A DNA stretch of 64,000 nt from Clostridiaceae bacterium (GCA_021769555.1 JAETSR010000007.1:32017-96016), one strand, 5' to 3'; shown: positions 9,743-20,119, counted from the stretch's first letter. The notes: generated by a model not told the origin, from the sequence alone. A program made the numbers and translations.

Positions 9743-10738
9743 ATGCTCTTTTTCAGGTATATTTTCGACCGCCGCCGGGTGCTCCTCTGCGGGCTGCTGC
9801 TCTTCGCGGCCCTCTCCGGGCTAATGCTCCTATACGGCCTCTCCGTCTCACAGGTGGGCTACTGCGCCCTTATCGCCCTCACCCTCGCCACAGTCATGTC
9901 CGTGCCGGACTTCGTCCGCTACCGCCGGGCAGTACAGCGCCTCAGGGCTGTAAAGCGCTCCGCTTCACAGGGCTTCCCCCAGCCCCTGGGCCCCGGCGGG
10001 ACTCTCCCCTATGAGCTCCTTATAGAGACCGCCGAGCTCCTCCGCGCCCGCGCCGCCGGCCTCGAGAGCCGGTCCCTCGCCCGCCAGGAGGAGCTTATGG
10101 ACTACTACACCCTCTGGGTCCACCAGGTGAAGACCCCCCTGTCCGCAATGGGGCTGATACTGCAGTCCGGCAGCATTCCCCCGGAGGATGCCGGGGCCCT
10201 GCACCAGGAGCTTTTCAAAATAGAGCGCTATATGGAGATGCTTTTAGGGTATCTCCGGCTGCACTCCATCAGCTCAGACCTGAGGATTGAGCTCTGCCCT
10301 GTGCGGCCCATCGCTTCAAAGGCTGTAAAGAAGTTTGCTTCACAGTTTATATATAAGAAGCTCAGCGTGGACCTTGAGGATTTTGATAACCAGGTCATAA
10401 CCGACGAAAAATGGCTGCTTTTTGTATTGGAGCAGCTGTTGTCAAACGCCGCCAAGTACACCTTCTCAGGGGGTATCACTATCTCCATGAGCGGGGATGA
10501 CGTGCTCTCTGTCGCCGACACGGGCATTGGCATTGACCCCGCCGACCTGCCCAGGGTCTGTGAGCGCGGGTTCACAGGTCAGAATGGGCGGGCTGAGCGT
10601 TCAAGCACCGGGCTTGGGCTGTATCTTTGTAAGGCGGTTTTGGATAAGCTGGAAACGCCCTTTGAGATTAGGTCAGAGCAAGGTGTTGGTACTACCGTGC
10701 TCCTTTATATGGACCGCCCGGAGCCCCCGAGGGATTAG
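9743..10738 (+). CDS. Intramembrane-sensing histidine kinase (BceS-like)
   Basis: Two close TMs; WVHQVKTP, QLLSNAAKY, DTGIGI, GLGLYL. Confidence 0.92.
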   Translation: MLFFRYIFDRRRVLLCGLLLFAALSGLMLLYGLSVSQVGYCALIALTLATVMSVPDFVRYRRAVQRLRAVKRSASQGFPQPLGPGGTLPYELLIETAELLRARAAGLESRSLARQEELMDYYTLWVHQVKTPLSAMGLILQSGSIPPEDAGALHQELFKIERYMEMLLGYLRLHSISSDLRIELCPVRPIASKAVKKFASQFIYKKLSVDLEDFDNQVITDEKWLLFVLEQLLSNAAKYTFSGGITISMSGDDVLSVADTGIGIDPADLPRVCERGFTGQNGRAERSSTGLGLYLCKAVLDKLETPFEIRSEQGVGTTVLLYMDRPEPPRD

Positions 10739-10769
10739 CCCTCAGGGGCTTTTATTTTTGCGCCGCAAC

Positions 10770-10828
10770 CTTACAAAACTGTAAGCCACCGGCCCCTTTT
10801 TGTAAGCCCATCTTATGGATTTTGTAAG
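10770..10828 (+). promoter_or_regulatory. BceR-type binding sites upstream of the ABC transporter
   Basis: Palindrome CTTACA-AAAC-TGTAAG at 10770-10785; TGTAAG half-sites at 10801 and 10823. Confidence 0.7.
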
Positions 10829-10879
10829 ATTTACCCGCTATACTTAGACCATAGCAAAAATCGCAAAGGAGATTCAAAT

Positions 10880-11656
10880 ATGCCTGTCTTAAACGTAGAG
10901 CACCTGAAAAAAACCTACTCAAACCGCCTGGGCGGCACCCAGGTCCACGCGCTGCAGGACGTGAGCTTCACCGTGGAGCAGGGCGAATTTGCCGCCATAA
11001 TGGGCGAGTCCGGTTCCGGCAAAACCACCCTTCTGAACATCCTAGCCGCCCTGGATAAGCCCACCTCCGGCAGCGTCTTCCTGAACATGCGGGACATCAC
11101 CACCCTCAGGGAGTCAGAAATATCCGCCTTCCGCCGGGACAACCTGGGCTTTGTCTTCCAGGATTTCAACCTTCTGGACACCTTCTCCGTCCAGGACAAC
11201 ATCTTCCTCCCCCTGGTGCTGGCCGGAAAGAAGTACCCCGAAATGCGCGAGCGCATACAGTCCATAGCCGCGGGGCTGGGCATAGCGGAGCTTCTGGAAA
11301 AGTACCCCTACGAGATATCCGGCGGCCAGAAGCAGCGAGTTGCCATAGCCCGGGCCATCATCACGGACCCCCAGCTTATCCTGGCCGACGAACCCACCGG
11401 CGCTCTCGACTCCCGCTCAGCCGGGCAGATAATGGACATCTTCAGAAGGGTCAACGCCTCCGGGCAGACGGTCCTGATGGTGACCCACTCCATCCAGGCT
11501 GCCAGCCGCGCGGGCAGGGTGCTCTTTATCAAGGACGGCCAGGTGTTCCACCAGATATACCGGGGAAACCAGACCGACGACCAGCTCTACCAGAGCATTT
11601 CCGACACCCTGACGGTCCTTGCCACCAGCAGGAAAGGGGGCGAGGGCAGTGTTTAA
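10880..11656 (+). CDS. ABC transporter ATP-binding protein (BceA-like)
   Basis: GESGSGKT, ISGGQKQR, ILADEPTG. Confidence 0.93.
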   Translation: MPVLNVEHLKKTYSNRLGGTQVHALQDVSFTVEQGEFAAIMGESGSGKTTLLNILAALDKPTSGSVFLNMRDITTLRESEISAFRRDNLGFVFQDFNLLDTFSVQDNIFLPLVLAGKKYPEMRERIQSIAAGLGIAELLEKYPYEISGGQKQRVAIARAIITDPQLILADEPTGALDSRSAGQIMDIFRRVNASGQTVLMVTHSIQAASRAGRVLFIKDGQVFHQIYRGNQTDDQLYQSISDTLTVLATSRKGGEGSV

Positions 11657-13682
11657 GCTCTACCCAAAGCTTGCCGTGCACAACCTGAAAAGCAGCTACC
11701 GTGTGACAGTCCCCTACCTGCTCTCGGGCTCGGGGATAATCATGATGTACTATATGCTCTTCGCCCTGACTGTGGGCACCCAGAGCGCCGACTTCTACGG
11801 CGTCACCAGCTCCGGCTTGGGCCTGGAGCTCGGCACACACGTCATAGCCATCTTCGGCGCGATTTTCCTCTTTTACACCAACAGCTTCATAATGAAGCGC
11901 CGCAAGAAGGAACTGGGCCTCTACAACATTCTCGGCATGGAGAAACGGCATATCGCCGGGGTCATCCTCACCGAGACCATCCTCACCGCCGCCGTCTGCC
12001 TGCTCATGGGACTGGGCTTCGGCATACTGTTCTCGAAGGTTTTCTTCCTGATACTGGAGAAGATACTCAGTATGCCCGGGCTGGTGCCCTTCGTGATACC
12101 CCTCTCGGGCATCAGAGACACGGTGATACTCTTCGCCTGCATCTTCCTCGCGACCGCGCTCTACAATATATTACAGGTGCGGCTGAGTAAACCCATCGAG
12201 CTCCTCCACGGCGGGGAGATTGGGGAGAAGGAGCCCAAGGCCCATTGGCTCCTCGCCATAGTGGGCGCGGGGCTCCTGGGGGCCGGGTACTATATGGCAC
12301 TCACTATCGAAGACCCGGTGGCCGCCCTTGTGATGTTCTTTGTGGCGGTGATTCTGGTCATTCTGGGCACATACCTGCTGTTCATGGTGGGCATAACCGC
12401 CATGCTCAAGCTCCTGAAGAAAAACAAGAGCTTCTACTATAAGACCCGGCACTTCACTACAGTATCCGGGATGCTCTACAGAATGAAGCAGAACGCCGCA
12501 GGCCTCGCCTCTATCTGCATACTGTTCACCTGCCTGTTGGTGACGGTGTCCACTACCTTCTCGCTGTACACAGGCATTGAGGACATGGTGGACACCCGCT
12601 GTGCCCGGGACATAAACCTCAGCTTCACCGGCATAAAGGAGGAGGAGTTCGCCTCGGTGAAGGAGAAGGCGGGGGAGATATCTGCCGCCCACGATGCGCA
12701 GATGGAGGATGTGCTCACCTACCGCTCCTGGAGCATAGGCTCTGTCCGGGAGGGGAACAGCTTCAAGTTCAAGAACTCCACCGACTACGGCAATATCTAC
12801 GCCTACTTCAATATCTTCACCCCGGAGGACTATAACGACTTCGCCGGGACAAATTACACCCTCGACAGCGGCAAGGTGCTCCTCTGCGACCCGGACGGCA
12901 GGTTCGACAGCGAGACAGTCGACCTCTTCGGCAAGACCTATCAGGTGGAGGAGATAGAGATGCCCTATACCAACTCCGTGTACCTGAACTTCTCAAACAT
13001 CGAGAAGTACGGTCTGGTGCTAAACGACCCGGAGCTGATAGTTGACGGCCGCATGGTGAACCCCATGGACGGCATCTCCTCAGACTACCCTTGGCTCGAC
13101 CCGGACTACACCTTCGACTTCGACCTCGCCGGACACGACCCGGAGACTATAAAGGCCGTCTATGACGAGCTACTGGACTGGTTCGTAAACGAGAAGTGGA
13201 ACTGGGCGACAACTGAGGAGCTGAACGCCTCGGGCCTGAGCTACTCCTACAACAACAGGATACAGGAGCGGGAGGACGTCACCGGGCTCTTCGGCGGGCT
13301 CTTCTTCCTGGGGCTCTTCATGGGGGCCATGTTCCTCATTGGCACGGTGCTTATCATCTACTATAAGCAGGTGTCCGAGGGCTACGAGGACGCCCGCCGC
13401 TTTGACATCATGCAGAAGGTGGGCATGAGCCGCCATGAGGTGAAAAAAAGCATCAAGAGCCAGGTATTGATGGTCTTCTTCCTGCCCCTGTTGATGGCCC
13501 TGGTGCACCTCTCCTTCGCCTTCCCCATGCTGCAAAAGATACTCATGCTCATGCAGATGGTGAACCTTGACCTTATCATCCTGTCCATGGCCGGCTGCGT
13601 GCTGGTGTTCAGCGTGTTCTACCTTATCATCTATCTGCTCACCGCCCGCACCTACTACCGGATAGTGGAGAGCGCAAACTAA
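11649..13682 (+). CDS. FtsX-like ABC permease (BceB-like)
   Basis: Multi-TM, KRRKKELGLYNILGM, large extracellular loop; GTG start overlapping the ATPase stop. Confidence 0.9.
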   Translation: MFKLYPKLAVHNLKSSYRVTVPYLLSGSGIIMMYYMLFALTVGTQSADFYGVTSSGLGLELGTHVIAIFGAIFLFYTNSFIMKRRKKELGLYNILGMEKRHIAGVILTETILTAAVCLLMGLGFGILFSKVFFLILEKILSMPGLVPFVIPLSGIRDTVILFACIFLATALYNILQVRLSKPIELLHGGEIGEKEPKAHWLLAIVGAGLLGAGYYMALTIEDPVAALVMFFVAVILVILGTYLLFMVGITAMLKLLKKNKSFYYKTRHFTTVSGMLYRMKQNAAGLASICILFTCLLVTVSTTFSLYTGIEDMVDTRCARDINLSFTGIKEEEFASVKEKAGEISAAHDAQMEDVLTYRSWSIGSVREGNSFKFKNSTDYGNIYAYFNIFTPEDYNDFAGTNYTLDSGKVLLCDPDGRFDSETVDLFGKTYQVEEIEMPYTNSVYLNFSNIEKYGLVLNDPELIVDGRMVNPMDGISSDYPWLDPDYTFDFDLAGHDPETIKAVYDELLDWFVNEKWNWATTEELNASGLSYSYNNRIQEREDVTGLFGGLFFLGLFMGAMFLIGTVLIIYYKQVSEGYEDARRFDIMQKVGMSRHEVKKSIKSQVLMVFFLPLLMALVHLSFAFPMLQKILMLMQMVNLDLIILSMAGCVLVFSVFYLIIYLLTARTYYRIVESAN

Positions 13683-13704
13683 AACCATAATAGGGGGTAT
13701 TAAA

Positions 13705-14016
13705 ATGAGCCTTTCCATCTTTGACTTCTTTGTAAATCTTTTCGGCCTGGGCTGGAAGTTCCTCTGCTTCATAGCCGACATGAGCATCCGCTTCTTTACG
13801 GCGCTGCTGAACTTCGGCACGAAAGCGGCGTGTGCGGTGCTAAATCTGTTCTTTGCCCCCTTCACCCACGGGCTCTCCCTGCTCACGGACTGGACCGCCC
13901 TGGACCTTCGGGGCCTCTTCTCCCTGGTAATGTGGGTGCTGCTGGGAGCCTGCGCCCTCCTGGCCCTCTTCGCCCTTGGCAGCAATATGTACCGCCGGTA
14001 CAGGCACAGGCTCTGA
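13705..14016 (+). CDS. Small membrane protein, unknown function
   Basis: SD GGGGGT, hydrophobic 103-aa ORF, terminator follows. Confidence 0.6.
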   Translation: MSLSIFDFFVNLFGLGWKFLCFIADMSIRFFTALLNFGTKAACAVLNLFFAPFTHGLSLLTDWTALDLRGLFSLVMWVLLGACALLALFALGSNMYRRYRHRL

Positions 14017-14029
14017 TAGAGAACAACAG

Positions 14030-14062
14030 AAAAAACCTCAGGGCACGCGCCCTGAGGTTTTT
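14030..14062. terminator. Bidirectional terminator
   Basis: AAAAACCTCAGGGC-ACGC-GCCCTGAGGTTTTT. Confidence 0.85.
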
Positions 14063-14080
14063 TATCATGCTGTGTACAAA

Positions 14081-14659
14081 TTACTTGCCGGTATACTCCT
14101 TGCTGGCAATCTCAGTGCCGTCTGCCTTGGCATAGACGACCTTGACCTTAACGCTGTCGGCCTCGACAACCTGGGCGACAGTTCCGGCGATGTTCTCGAA
14201 GGTAGAGACGAAGCTCTCCTCGCTGAGGCCAGCCTCAAGAGCGGTCTTCAGGGTGCTCTCGTCGGTAGCGGCCATTGCCTCGTCGCTGAACTTGAACATG
14301 TAAATAAGGGTGTCTTCAGTGCCGTCCAGGGACACGTCCATGGTATCGTCGTCGCCGACCATCTGCTCGATGGAGGCGTCCAGCTGGGCCTTAGTGGTGG
14401 GGTCCTCAAGGAAAGCCTTCACAGTGGGGAACACGCCGTCGGCGGCGCCGGTGGAGGCCTCAGAGCTCTCCTCAGCCTGGGAGCTGGACTCCTCAGTACT
14501 GGCCTCGCTTGAGCTCTCAGACGCCTCGGAGGAGCTCTGCTCGCTGGAGCTGGGGGTCGAGCTGCCGGAGCCCTTGTCGTCATTGCCGCACGCGGCCAGT
14601 GAGAACACCATCGTCAAGGCCAGCACAGCGGCCAGGACACGCAGAACATTCTTTTTCAT
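14081..14659 (-). CDS. Lipoprotein with Ser/Glu-rich linker
   Basis: Signal peptide with lipobox LAAC; promoter TTGACA-17bp-TATAAT at 14717-14745. Confidence 0.85.
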   Translation of the reverse strand: MKKNVLRVLAAVLALTMVFSLAACGNDDKGSGSSTPSSSEQSSSEASESSSEASTEESSSQAEESSEASTGAADGVFPTVKAFLEDPTTKAQLDASIEQMVGDDDTMDVSLDGTEDTLIYMFKFSDEAMAATDESTLKTALEAGLSEESFVSTFENIAGTVAQVVEADSVKVKVVYAKADGTEIASKEYTGK

Positions 14660-14778
14660 TTACATTCACCTTTCTAATCATGTATTGCGGTTTGAACAAA
14701 CTCAAAACCACGAGCTATTATAACTCTCTAAAAGAATAATGTCAAGAGCCCTGACAGTTACAATTTATTAATATTTTC

Positions 14779-15876
14779 TTACGTTTCCCCGGGCACAGGC
14801 CCGGTGCTGTCCCGTAAAACCAGGCTTGCGGGCAGCTCATACCGCAGCCAGGGCTCCTCCCCCAGGTCCTTCAGCCGGATAAGGTTCTCGAGCATGAGCA
14901 CGCACTGCCGCCCCATGAGCTGGGGGGAATTGTGAACGGTGGTGATGTTCGGCTCAATGGTGGTACAGATGGCCCCGTCGTCAAAGCCCATGACGGACAC
15001 GTCCCCCGGGACATCCAGCCCGGCCTGCTGCAGGGCCTTTATAACGCGCCAGGCCTGCCGGTCGTTCTCACATACCAGGGCCGTGGGCAGGCTCCCGGCC
15101 CTCCTGAAATCCCCCAAAAGGCTTGTATGGTCCAAAAGCCCAAGCTCCTCCCCGGCTGTGAAGAAGTCCCCCTCATTACACCTGAGCCCAAAGTCCGAGA
15201 GCGCCTCCTTAAAGCACCTGCGGCGCTCAAGGTTCAGCGGGGACTCCCAGCCGCTGGAAACATACCCTATTCGCCTGTGCCCCAGGGTGTGGAGGTGGTA
15301 CACGGCCCGGCGCATACCCTGCTGGTTGCTTATGCACACGGACGGCGGCTGCCAGCTGAGGGAGGTGTATGTGTCCATGAACACGCACGGCACAGACAGG
15401 CCCCTCATGGTCGCGAGTATCTGCTCATTGATGGTGCAGGGGTGCACGATGACCCCCGCCACGTTCCCCGCCCGGCGCAGCTGCTCCCCGATGGTGGCCT
15501 TCCTGTGCCGCCCCGCGTGGAGCATGATAAGGCAGTAGTCATGCTCCCAGGCCTCGGCCTCAATGCCCTCAAGCACCCCGGAGAAGAAGTTATAGGGGTC
15601 GTTCATATCCTCAAGGTAGTCGTGCTCATGGTAGATAAAATAGGCGATGGACCTGCACGCGCACCCCCCTGTCGCCTCCTGCTTCTGAACAGCCTGCTGC
15701 CCCTGGGCCGCCCCCTCCCGCAGGGAACCGCTCAGCATCTGCTCACAGCCAAGCTGCTGTATCTGCTCCAAAAGTGACTTTCTCAGCGCGTCGCTTATGC
15801 CCGGCTTATTGTTGAGCACCAGCGAAATGGTCGCGGGCGAGACGCCCAGCTTTTTGGCAAGGTCTTTTGCTTTCAT
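14779..15876 (-). CDS. LacI-family transcriptional regulator
   Basis: AKDLAKKLGVSPATISLVLNNKPG HTH; VPGDVSVMGFDD. Confidence 0.9.
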   Translation of the reverse strand: MKAKDLAKKLGVSPATISLVLNNKPGISDALRKSLLEQIQQLGCEQMLSGSLREGAAQGQQAVQKQEATGGCACRSIAYFIYHEHDYLEDMNDPYNFFSGVLEGIEAEAWEHDYCLIMLHAGRHRKATIGEQLRRAGNVAGVIVHPCTINEQILATMRGLSVPCVFMDTYTSLSWQPPSVCISNQQGMRRAVYHLHTLGHRRIGYVSSGWESPLNLERRRCFKEALSDFGLRCNEGDFFTAGEELGLLDHTSLLGDFRRAGSLPTALVCENDRQAWRVIKALQQAGLDVPGDVSVMGFDDGAICTTIEPNITTVHNSPQLMGRQCVLMLENLIRLKDLGEEPWLRYELPASLVLRDSTGPVPGET

Positions 15877-15970
15877 AAGGTCAACACCACCAGCGTTTTA
15901 TAAACTCTTTATAAAGTATTATAAACCATAGCCGGTGAAAAAGCAATAGCAAATTTAAGTAAAAGGGCCC

Positions 15971-15999
15971 TTGACAAATTCAAATATATACGCTAGAAT
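15971..15999 (+). promoter_or_regulatory. Sigma-A promoter of riboswitch-thiT
   Basis: TTGACA-17bp-TAGAAT. Confidence 0.75.
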
Positions 16000-16010
16000 A
16001 AACTCGAAAA

Positions 16011-16182
16011 ATGAAGAGCAGGGGTGCGGTTGACGTTCATGAAGCAAAGCTTCATGAAGTCCCCGAGTTTTGCAAAGCAAAACTCTTGCCTTATGGCAGG
16101 AGGATTCGGGCGCGCTGAGAGGAGCTTCGAGCTTAAACCCTATGAACCTGAGGCGGATAATACCGACGGAGGAAGCATCTCA
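16011..16182 (+). ncRNA. TPP riboswitch with expanded P3
   Basis: AGGGGTGC...GCTGAGA...ACCCTATGAACCTGAGGCGGATAATACCGACGGAGGAAGC; lies upstream of a thiamine transporter. Confidence 0.88.
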
Positions 16183-16294
16183 TTTTCCCAAGCTTAGTAT
16201 ATATTTTGGGAGCTTCTTTGCGCTGTTCGGAAAAATTTCCGGGCGGCGCTTTTCATTTTTCAAAAATAATCTTTTTGAGAAAGGGAAATGCTAA

Positions 16295-16903
16295 ATGAAC
16301 GACAACCAAAACGCACGCCTGAAAAATGTGGAGAACCTGGTGCTGGCCGGGGTCCTAATCGCCCTTGGCACGGCGCTGTCCTTCGTGAAGGTCTTCGACC
16401 TGCCCTACGGCGGCTCCATAACCCTGTGCTCCATGCTGCCGGTGATGGTATTCTCATACCGCGCCGGGATAAAATGGGGCCTTGGAGCCGGCTTCACCTT
16501 CAGCGTGCTGGAGCTGCTCTTCGGCCTGGACGCCCTCAAGGGCATATCCGGGGCCACGGTGGCGGGCTCCATCTTCCTCGACTACCTCCTGGCCTTCACT
16601 GTGCTGGGCCTCGCGGGTATCTTCCGGGGGAAGATAAAGAACGACCCGGCGGCCTTCACCCTGGGGTGCCTTACAGCGGGGCTTCTCCGGTACGTCTGCT
16701 CCTTCCTCTCAGGCTGGATACTCTGGGGGGAGTTCGCCGACGCAAACTTCTCCCCCGTGCTTGCGGGCATGAGCGGCCAGCAGCTTGCCTGCTTCTATTC
16801 TCTTGTATATAACGGCAGCTACATGATTCCCGAGATACTTGTGACCTGCATAGCCGCGTTCATCGTCATGCAGTTTCTTGGAAAGTTTATCCTCAAAGAC
16901 TGA
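16295..16903 (+). CDS. thiT: ECF thiamine transporter S-component
   Basis: LPYGGSITLCSMLP, FLDYLLAF, SGWILWGEFA, SLVYNGSY; TPP riboswitch upstream. Confidence 0.9.
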   Translation: MNDNQNARLKNVENLVLAGVLIALGTALSFVKVFDLPYGGSITLCSMLPVMVFSYRAGIKWGLGAGFTFSVLELLFGLDALKGISGATVAGSIFLDYLLAFTVLGLAGIFRGKIKNDPAAFTLGCLTAGLLRYVCSFLSGWILWGEFADANFSPVLAGMSGQQLACFYSLVYNGSYMIPEILVTCIAAFIVMQFLGKFILKD

Positions 16904-16986
16904 GAAAGTTTCACCCCGCGCTTGCTTTACCCGGGAAATTCTGGTATTATTTAGGGGCAGGATAAAAGAGTAAGGAGCTGACCCCT

Positions 16987-18144
16987 ATGTCAGGCAGGCA
17001 CCATGCGGACAACCGCCCGAGCCTCTGGCTCATTATAGCAATAATAATCATACTCACCGGCCTGCTGGCCGCGGGCATACTGCTCGTCCGTGAGCTGGGC
17101 CTCAGGGAGGAGCCCGAGCCCCCATCCCAAAGCCCCTCCACGGCCCCCTCGAAAATAACCTCAGAGGTCGAACCCACGCCCACTCCCGAGCCCACGCCGA
17201 CGCCCACCCCGGAGCCCACCCCCACCCCCGGCCCCATACCCGACAACGGCGAGGACGGCTACCTCTCCGAGGGCATATACATCTGGAACAATATGGCCTT
17301 TGAGCTGTTCTACGGCTACGACGAGGCCTCGGACCCATACGCGAATGCAATAGACGGCTTTGCAAGGGACCTGCCCAGCGACGTGAAGGTATATAATATG
17401 ATAGTGCCGAACCACAGCGAGTACGGCCTGCCAGAGAGGCTCAGGGACAGCCTTGGCTGCAACTCGCAAAAGGACAATATCAGGTATATCTACGGCACCT
17501 ATAAGTACGCCCAGCCTGTAGATATCTGTGACGCCCTGGACCAGCACAAGGAGGAATACCTCTACTTCAACACCGACACCCACTGGACCGCCCGGGGAGC
17601 CTACCGCGCCTATGAGGAGTTCTGCAGAGCTGCGGAGGTCCCCTGCGCGGCCCTTGAGGAGTTCACCCTGACTGCCCACGAGCGGGACTTCTGCGGCTAC
17701 CTCGCCGAGGTCACCGGGGAGGACTGCCTGTATAATAACCCGGACCATATCGAGACCTTCGAGCCCGGCTACCCCTATAAGGCTGCAATGAGCTGCGACG
17801 GCTATGACTTTACAGAGCTTGACGGCGTGAACAGCTCCGACGCCTCCATGGGCTACAGCATGTTCCTCTGGGGGGACCTGCCCTGTGTGCGCGTAAAAAA
17901 TGAAAACTCATATATGAACAGAAAGCTTGCGGTGGTGAAGGAGTCCTACGGCAACGCCATCGGGGCCTTTATGGGCGCGAGCTTCGACGAGGTATATATG
18001 ATAGACTTCCGGAGCTTCTCCGGGAGCCTGCCGGACTTTATAAGGGACAACGGCATAACCGACGTGCTCTTTATGAACAGCGCCACCGCCGCCAATACCT
18101 ACCAGAGGGTCGAGGACCTGAACTCCCTTTTCCCCGGCGGCTGA
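16987..18144 (+). CDS. DHHW-family membrane-anchored protein with Pro-Thr linker
   Basis: TM, (EPTPTP)n linker, YFNTDTHWT, VKESYGNA. Confidence 0.75.
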   Translation: MSGRHHADNRPSLWLIIAIIIILTGLLAAGILLVRELGLREEPEPPSQSPSTAPSKITSEVEPTPTPEPTPTPTPEPTPTPGPIPDNGEDGYLSEGIYIWNNMAFELFYGYDEASDPYANAIDGFARDLPSDVKVYNMIVPNHSEYGLPERLRDSLGCNSQKDNIRYIYGTYKYAQPVDICDALDQHKEEYLYFNTDTHWTARGAYRAYEEFCRAAEVPCAALEEFTLTAHERDFCGYLAEVTGEDCLYNNPDHIETFEPGYPYKAAMSCDGYDFTELDGVNSSDASMGYSMFLWGDLPCVRVKNENSYMNRKLAVVKESYGNAIGAFMGASFDEVYMIDFRSFSGSLPDFIRDNGITDVLFMNSATAANTYQRVEDLNSLFPGG

Positions 18145-18213
18145 TAATTTGAGTCAGGAGGGCAATACTAACCCCTGTCCGACCACTTTCTATAATATAG
18201 GGGGGCATTTGCC

Positions 18214-18540
18214 ATGAGAAACAAGCTTGAATGTTCAGTGACCGCCTGCCGGCACAACGAGCACAACTTCTGCGACCTGCCCGGCATTAAGGTGGAGGGC
18301 CCCGGGGCCCGGGAGAGCCGCCAGACCTGCTGCGAGTCCTTCGAGCCCAGAAGCGGGAGCAGCAACAGCGTGGGCTCATGCGGCTGCGCGTCCGCCGAGA
18401 CCGCCATCGACTGCAAGGCCAAAAACTGCACCTATAACAACGACTGCCGGTGCGAGGCCGAATGCGTATGCGTTGGCTGCTGCTGCGACGACGTCACCGG
18501 CAAGTCCGGCACGGAGTGCTGCACCTTCCGCGAGGGCTGA
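18214..18540 (+). CDS. Cys-rich DUF1540-like protein
   Basis: Two CxxxxCxxNxxxxC repeats. Confidence 0.7.
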   Translation: MRNKLECSVTACRHNEHNFCDLPGIKVEGPGARESRQTCCESFEPRSGSSNSVGSCGCASAETAIDCKAKNCTYNNDCRCEAECVCVGCCCDDVTGKSGTECCTFREG

Positions 18541-18679
18541 GCTGAAGACAGGGCGTAAAAGGGAAAGCGCGGAGGGCGCCGGGCCGGTATGGCCCGGCGT
18601 TCTTTTTGTGCAATTTCCCAAATGGAAATCCGCCCCCGGGCATGATATAATGTACGCAAAAGAGCAGGGGGTGCGGGTG

Positions 18680-19519
18680 GTGTACGGCGCAATATTGGGT
18701 GATATAGCCGGGTCGCGCTTTGAGTTTACAAGGCCCGAGAAGTTCGACTGGCGGCGGGAGGAGCTCTTCAACGGCATGAGCAAATACACCGACGACACTG
18801 TGCTCACCGTGGCCACGAAATACGCGGTGCTCACAGGCGTGCCCTATTTCCGGGCCTATCAGCGCTTCGGGCGGCGGTACATGCAGGCGGGCTACGGGCC
18901 AATGTTCAAGAACTGGCTGCACGCCCACTCACAGCGGGGGTATAACAGCTACGGCAACGGCTCGGCCATGCGTGTGAGCTACATAGGCCTGCACTTTAAT
19001 ACCCTCGAGGAGGTGGAGCGGGAGGCCCGGGAGAGCTCCCTCTGCACCCACGACCACCCCGAGGGGATAAGGGCCGCCATAGCCACGGCCGCCGCGGTGT
19101 TTATGGCCCGCACCGGGGCCGGCAAGGGCGAAATAGCATATTATATGAGAAGGCGCTATAAATATACCGTGGCCCGGCCCCTGTTCCTGTACCGCCCCTT
19201 CGGGAAATTCGACGTGACCGCCATGGGCACCATGCCCCTTGCCATACGCTGCTTTCTCGAGTCCGAGGACTGGGAGAGCTGCATAAGGAACGTTTACAGC
19301 GTTAGGTGCGACACGGACACCGTGGGCTGCATAGCCGGGGGCATAGCCGACGCCTTTTACGGCGGCACCGGCCAGGACGAGGACGCGCTTCTGAGGCGCT
19401 ATCTCATACGCCCCAACCGTGTGGGCGCCTTTGACACATACCTGTACGACTGGGCCGTGAAGACCCCGGAGGAGTACAGGCGGGAGAAAGAGGAGAAACA
19501 GGAGAAGGGAGAGACCTGA
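18680..19519 (+). CDS. ADP-ribosylglycohydrolase family protein
   Basis: GAILGDIAGS, YTDDT, SYGNGSAMR, DTDTVGCIAG; start approximate. Confidence 0.88.
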   Translation: MYGAILGDIAGSRFEFTRPEKFDWRREELFNGMSKYTDDTVLTVATKYAVLTGVPYFRAYQRFGRRYMQAGYGPMFKNWLHAHSQRGYNSYGNGSAMRVSYIGLHFNTLEEVEREARESSLCTHDHPEGIRAAIATAAAVFMARTGAGKGEIAYYMRRRYKYTVARPLFLYRPFGKFDVTAMGTMPLAIRCFLESEDWESCIRNVYSVRCDTDTVGCIAGGIADAFYGGTGQDEDALLRRYLIRPNRVGAFDTYLYDWAVKTPEEYRREKEEKQEKGET

Positions 19520-19520
19520 G

Positions 19521-20018
19521 ATGATACTGCAAACCTACCAGTCCAAGGTGGTGCTGCGCACCCTGAAAGGCGGCGAGGTCTACAGGGCCAAGCCCAACCT
19601 CAGCCTTCGGGGGGAGTACAACGCCCTGATAGACATGCTGGGGCTCCACTGCGAGTGCCCGGTCTTCGCGGTGGTGAAGGGCAGAAAGCAGAACACCGGC
19701 GGAAAGGTGTCCGGCTCGGTGCAGCTCACCCTGGACGTGCCCGAGGAGCTTGTGCATATAACCGAGTACAGCGTCTGGGCCGACTTCATCTACGCCTTCA
19801 AGTTCTCAAAGCCCGGCAACTACAAGGTGCTCCGCCCGGACTGCGAGGAGATTTCCGTGCGGCGGTACAACGAGCTAATGGAGGACCTAAGGAACCAGAG
19901 AAAGCTCAGCGCCTACGAGTGCCCCCAGGTGGTGCTGGAACGGATAGAGCCGGGCTGGCTCAAAAGCGTGAAGATGTTCGGCAAAAGCGGGCTATTCGGC
20001 CGGCTCAGGCGGGGATAG
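19521..20018 (+). CDS. Hypothetical protein (DUF3841-like)
   Basis: Starts 1 nt after the ARH stop; LxLDVPEE...WADF resembles DUF3841 from memory. Confidence 0.5.
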   Translation: MILQTYQSKVVLRTLKGGEVYRAKPNLSLRGEYNALIDMLGLHCECPVFAVVKGRKQNTGGKVSGSVQLTLDVPEELVHITEYSVWADFIYAFKFSKPGNYKVLRPDCEEISVRRYNELMEDLRNQRKLSAYECPQVVLERIEPGWLKSVKMFGKSGLFGRLRRG

Positions 20019-20036
20019 ATTAAAATAGAGCACAAA

Positions 20037-20061
20037 GGCCGCCGGGTAATTCCCGGCGGCC
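20037..20061. terminator. Terminator hairpin between convergent genes
   Basis: GGCCGCCGGG-TAATT-CCCGGCGGCC. Confidence 0.7.
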
Positions 20062-20119
20062 TCCACTTATTGCCTAAAGCCGGCGCTTATGCGCCGCGCT
20101 GACTGTACCGCCCTCTCCC

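Noticed and set aside
17171-17235. Tandem C-rich repeats
   Set aside because: They encode an ordinary Pro-Thr linker
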